DNA of 64,000 nt, taken from positions 4,070 to 68,069 of the forward strand of contig JAUUDM010000016.1 in assembly GCA_030826765.1 (NCBI GenBank), given 5' to 3'. Positions 63,514 through 64,000 of the stretch are shown here, piece after piece; the first letter of the stretch is position 1; each line of letters starts with the position of its first letter. Source of the DNA: Nautiliales bacterium (GTDB lineage: Bacteria > Campylobacterota > Campylobacteria > Campylobacterales > JAADDX01). The translations under genes were made by a program, and so were the position numbers. A model generated the notes under the pieces. The model did no database searches, was not told the origin of the DNA, and saw only the letters and a list, made by a program, of their open reading frames with translations.

Positions 63514-64000
63514 ATGAAAATACTAAAAATATTAGCTTTATCTTTAATATTTGTTTCAGTATTATATTCATTTGAACAACCAAATGTTGATTTTATATCT
63601 ATGTCAATGGGTGATGCTGGAGTTGCAAGTAGTTATGGTGCTATGAGTGCATATAAAAACCCTGCTCTTTTATCAAGTAGAGATAATAATAGAAGTACTG
63701 AAATAGCTTTTAGTATAGGGTTAGGACTTTATGATTATAAATTAGGAAATGATTTAAATAAAATTAGTGATGCAGATTTTTCATGGACAATAGATCAAAT
63801 AAAAAATGGAAAGGGTAAAGATGAAAAAGTAAAAGAAAATGCATCTATTATTAAATCATCTTTAAATAATTTATCTATGACTAATAATAATTTAGCAATA
63901 TTTCCTTTTGTTAGATTATCTGTAAAAATGGGAGAATTTTCTTTTGGTGTTTATAGTATGGCTATAGCTACATTATCTAGTGTAATTGATAAAGATAGAT
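63514..64000 (+). CDS. Outer-membrane protein, 5' part only (TraF-like/UPF0164-like beta-barrel); continues beyond the window
   Basis: Not in the ORF track because it is truncated by the window edge. GGAG RBS, then ATG at 63514. Translates to MKILKILALSLIFVSVLYSFEQPNVDFISMSMGDAGVASSYGAMSAYKNPALL... and stays open to 64000. Confidence 0.5.
   Translation, partial: MKILKILALSLIFVSVLYSFEQPNVDFISMSMGDAGVASSYGAMSAYKNPALLSSRDNNRSTEIAFSIGLGLYDYKLGNDLNKISDADFSWTIDQIKNGKGKDEKVKENASIIKSSLNNLSMTNNNLAIFPFVRLSVKMGEFSFGVYSMAIATLSSVIDKDR

Noticed and set aside
1-64000. A window-wide scan for tRNA, rRNA, tmRNA, CRISPR repeats, transposases, integrases, phage genes or recognisable defence-system genes.
   Set aside because: I recognised none by eye. 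Intergenic regions are short and AT-rich apart from those listed above. This is a visual scan only; tRNAscan-SE, Infernal and defence-finder tools would be needed for a firm negative.

Overview
This is a very AT-rich bacterial chromosomal segment. Gene content and local synteny point to Campylobacterota, most plausibly the Arcobacter group, but that is inference only. The clues are flgB-flgC-fliE next to a PBP gene, a FliJ-like/MgtE-N-like pair, an Mqn-family (futalosine-type) protein, and many che and GGDEF/EAL genes. I count about 65 protein-coding genes. I could not recognise any rRNA, tRNA, CRISPR array or transposase by eye.

Housekeeping blocks:
- polA (partial) and leuA.
- A long minus-strand run from 24.9 to 44.3 kb: deaD-like, galU, psd, purM, trpS, der, murG, ftsW, ribE, dus, dksA-like, rlmH, thiE, accD, pyrF, nusB, ribH, kdsA.
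- dapF, flgB-flgC-fliE-PBP, an EmrAB-like MFS/HlyD pair, recO and gltB.

Accessory or unusual content:
1. An 11.5-kb, 12-gene chemosensory operon (13369-24902). It is built around a receptor with no transmembrane segment and a poly-HAMP array. It also carries a separate Aer-type PAS + CZB sensor, a CheS-like STAS protein and a ParA-like ATPase. Two paralogous unknown proteins (pseudo-receiver + helical bundle) both end in an acidic ...D-x-LEFF tail.
2. A textbook sigma70 promoter followed by a 21-codon Leu-run leader ORF in front of leuA.
3. A ~134-bp direct repeat (a duplicated 3' end of an exonuclease gene) bracketing a 3.8-kb segment. That segment holds a CHASE4-PAS-GGDEF(degenerate)-EAL gene, and gene debris plus a frameshifted EAL gene follow the second repeat copy.
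4. Two copies of a palindromic intergenic element (51 bp and 154 bp).
5. A solo MazF/PemK-like toxin gene with an N-terminal extension.
6. Four c-di-GMP genes, including a globin-coupled diguanylate cyclase.

All calls rest on reading the translated ORFs and the DNA by eye. No database search was possible.
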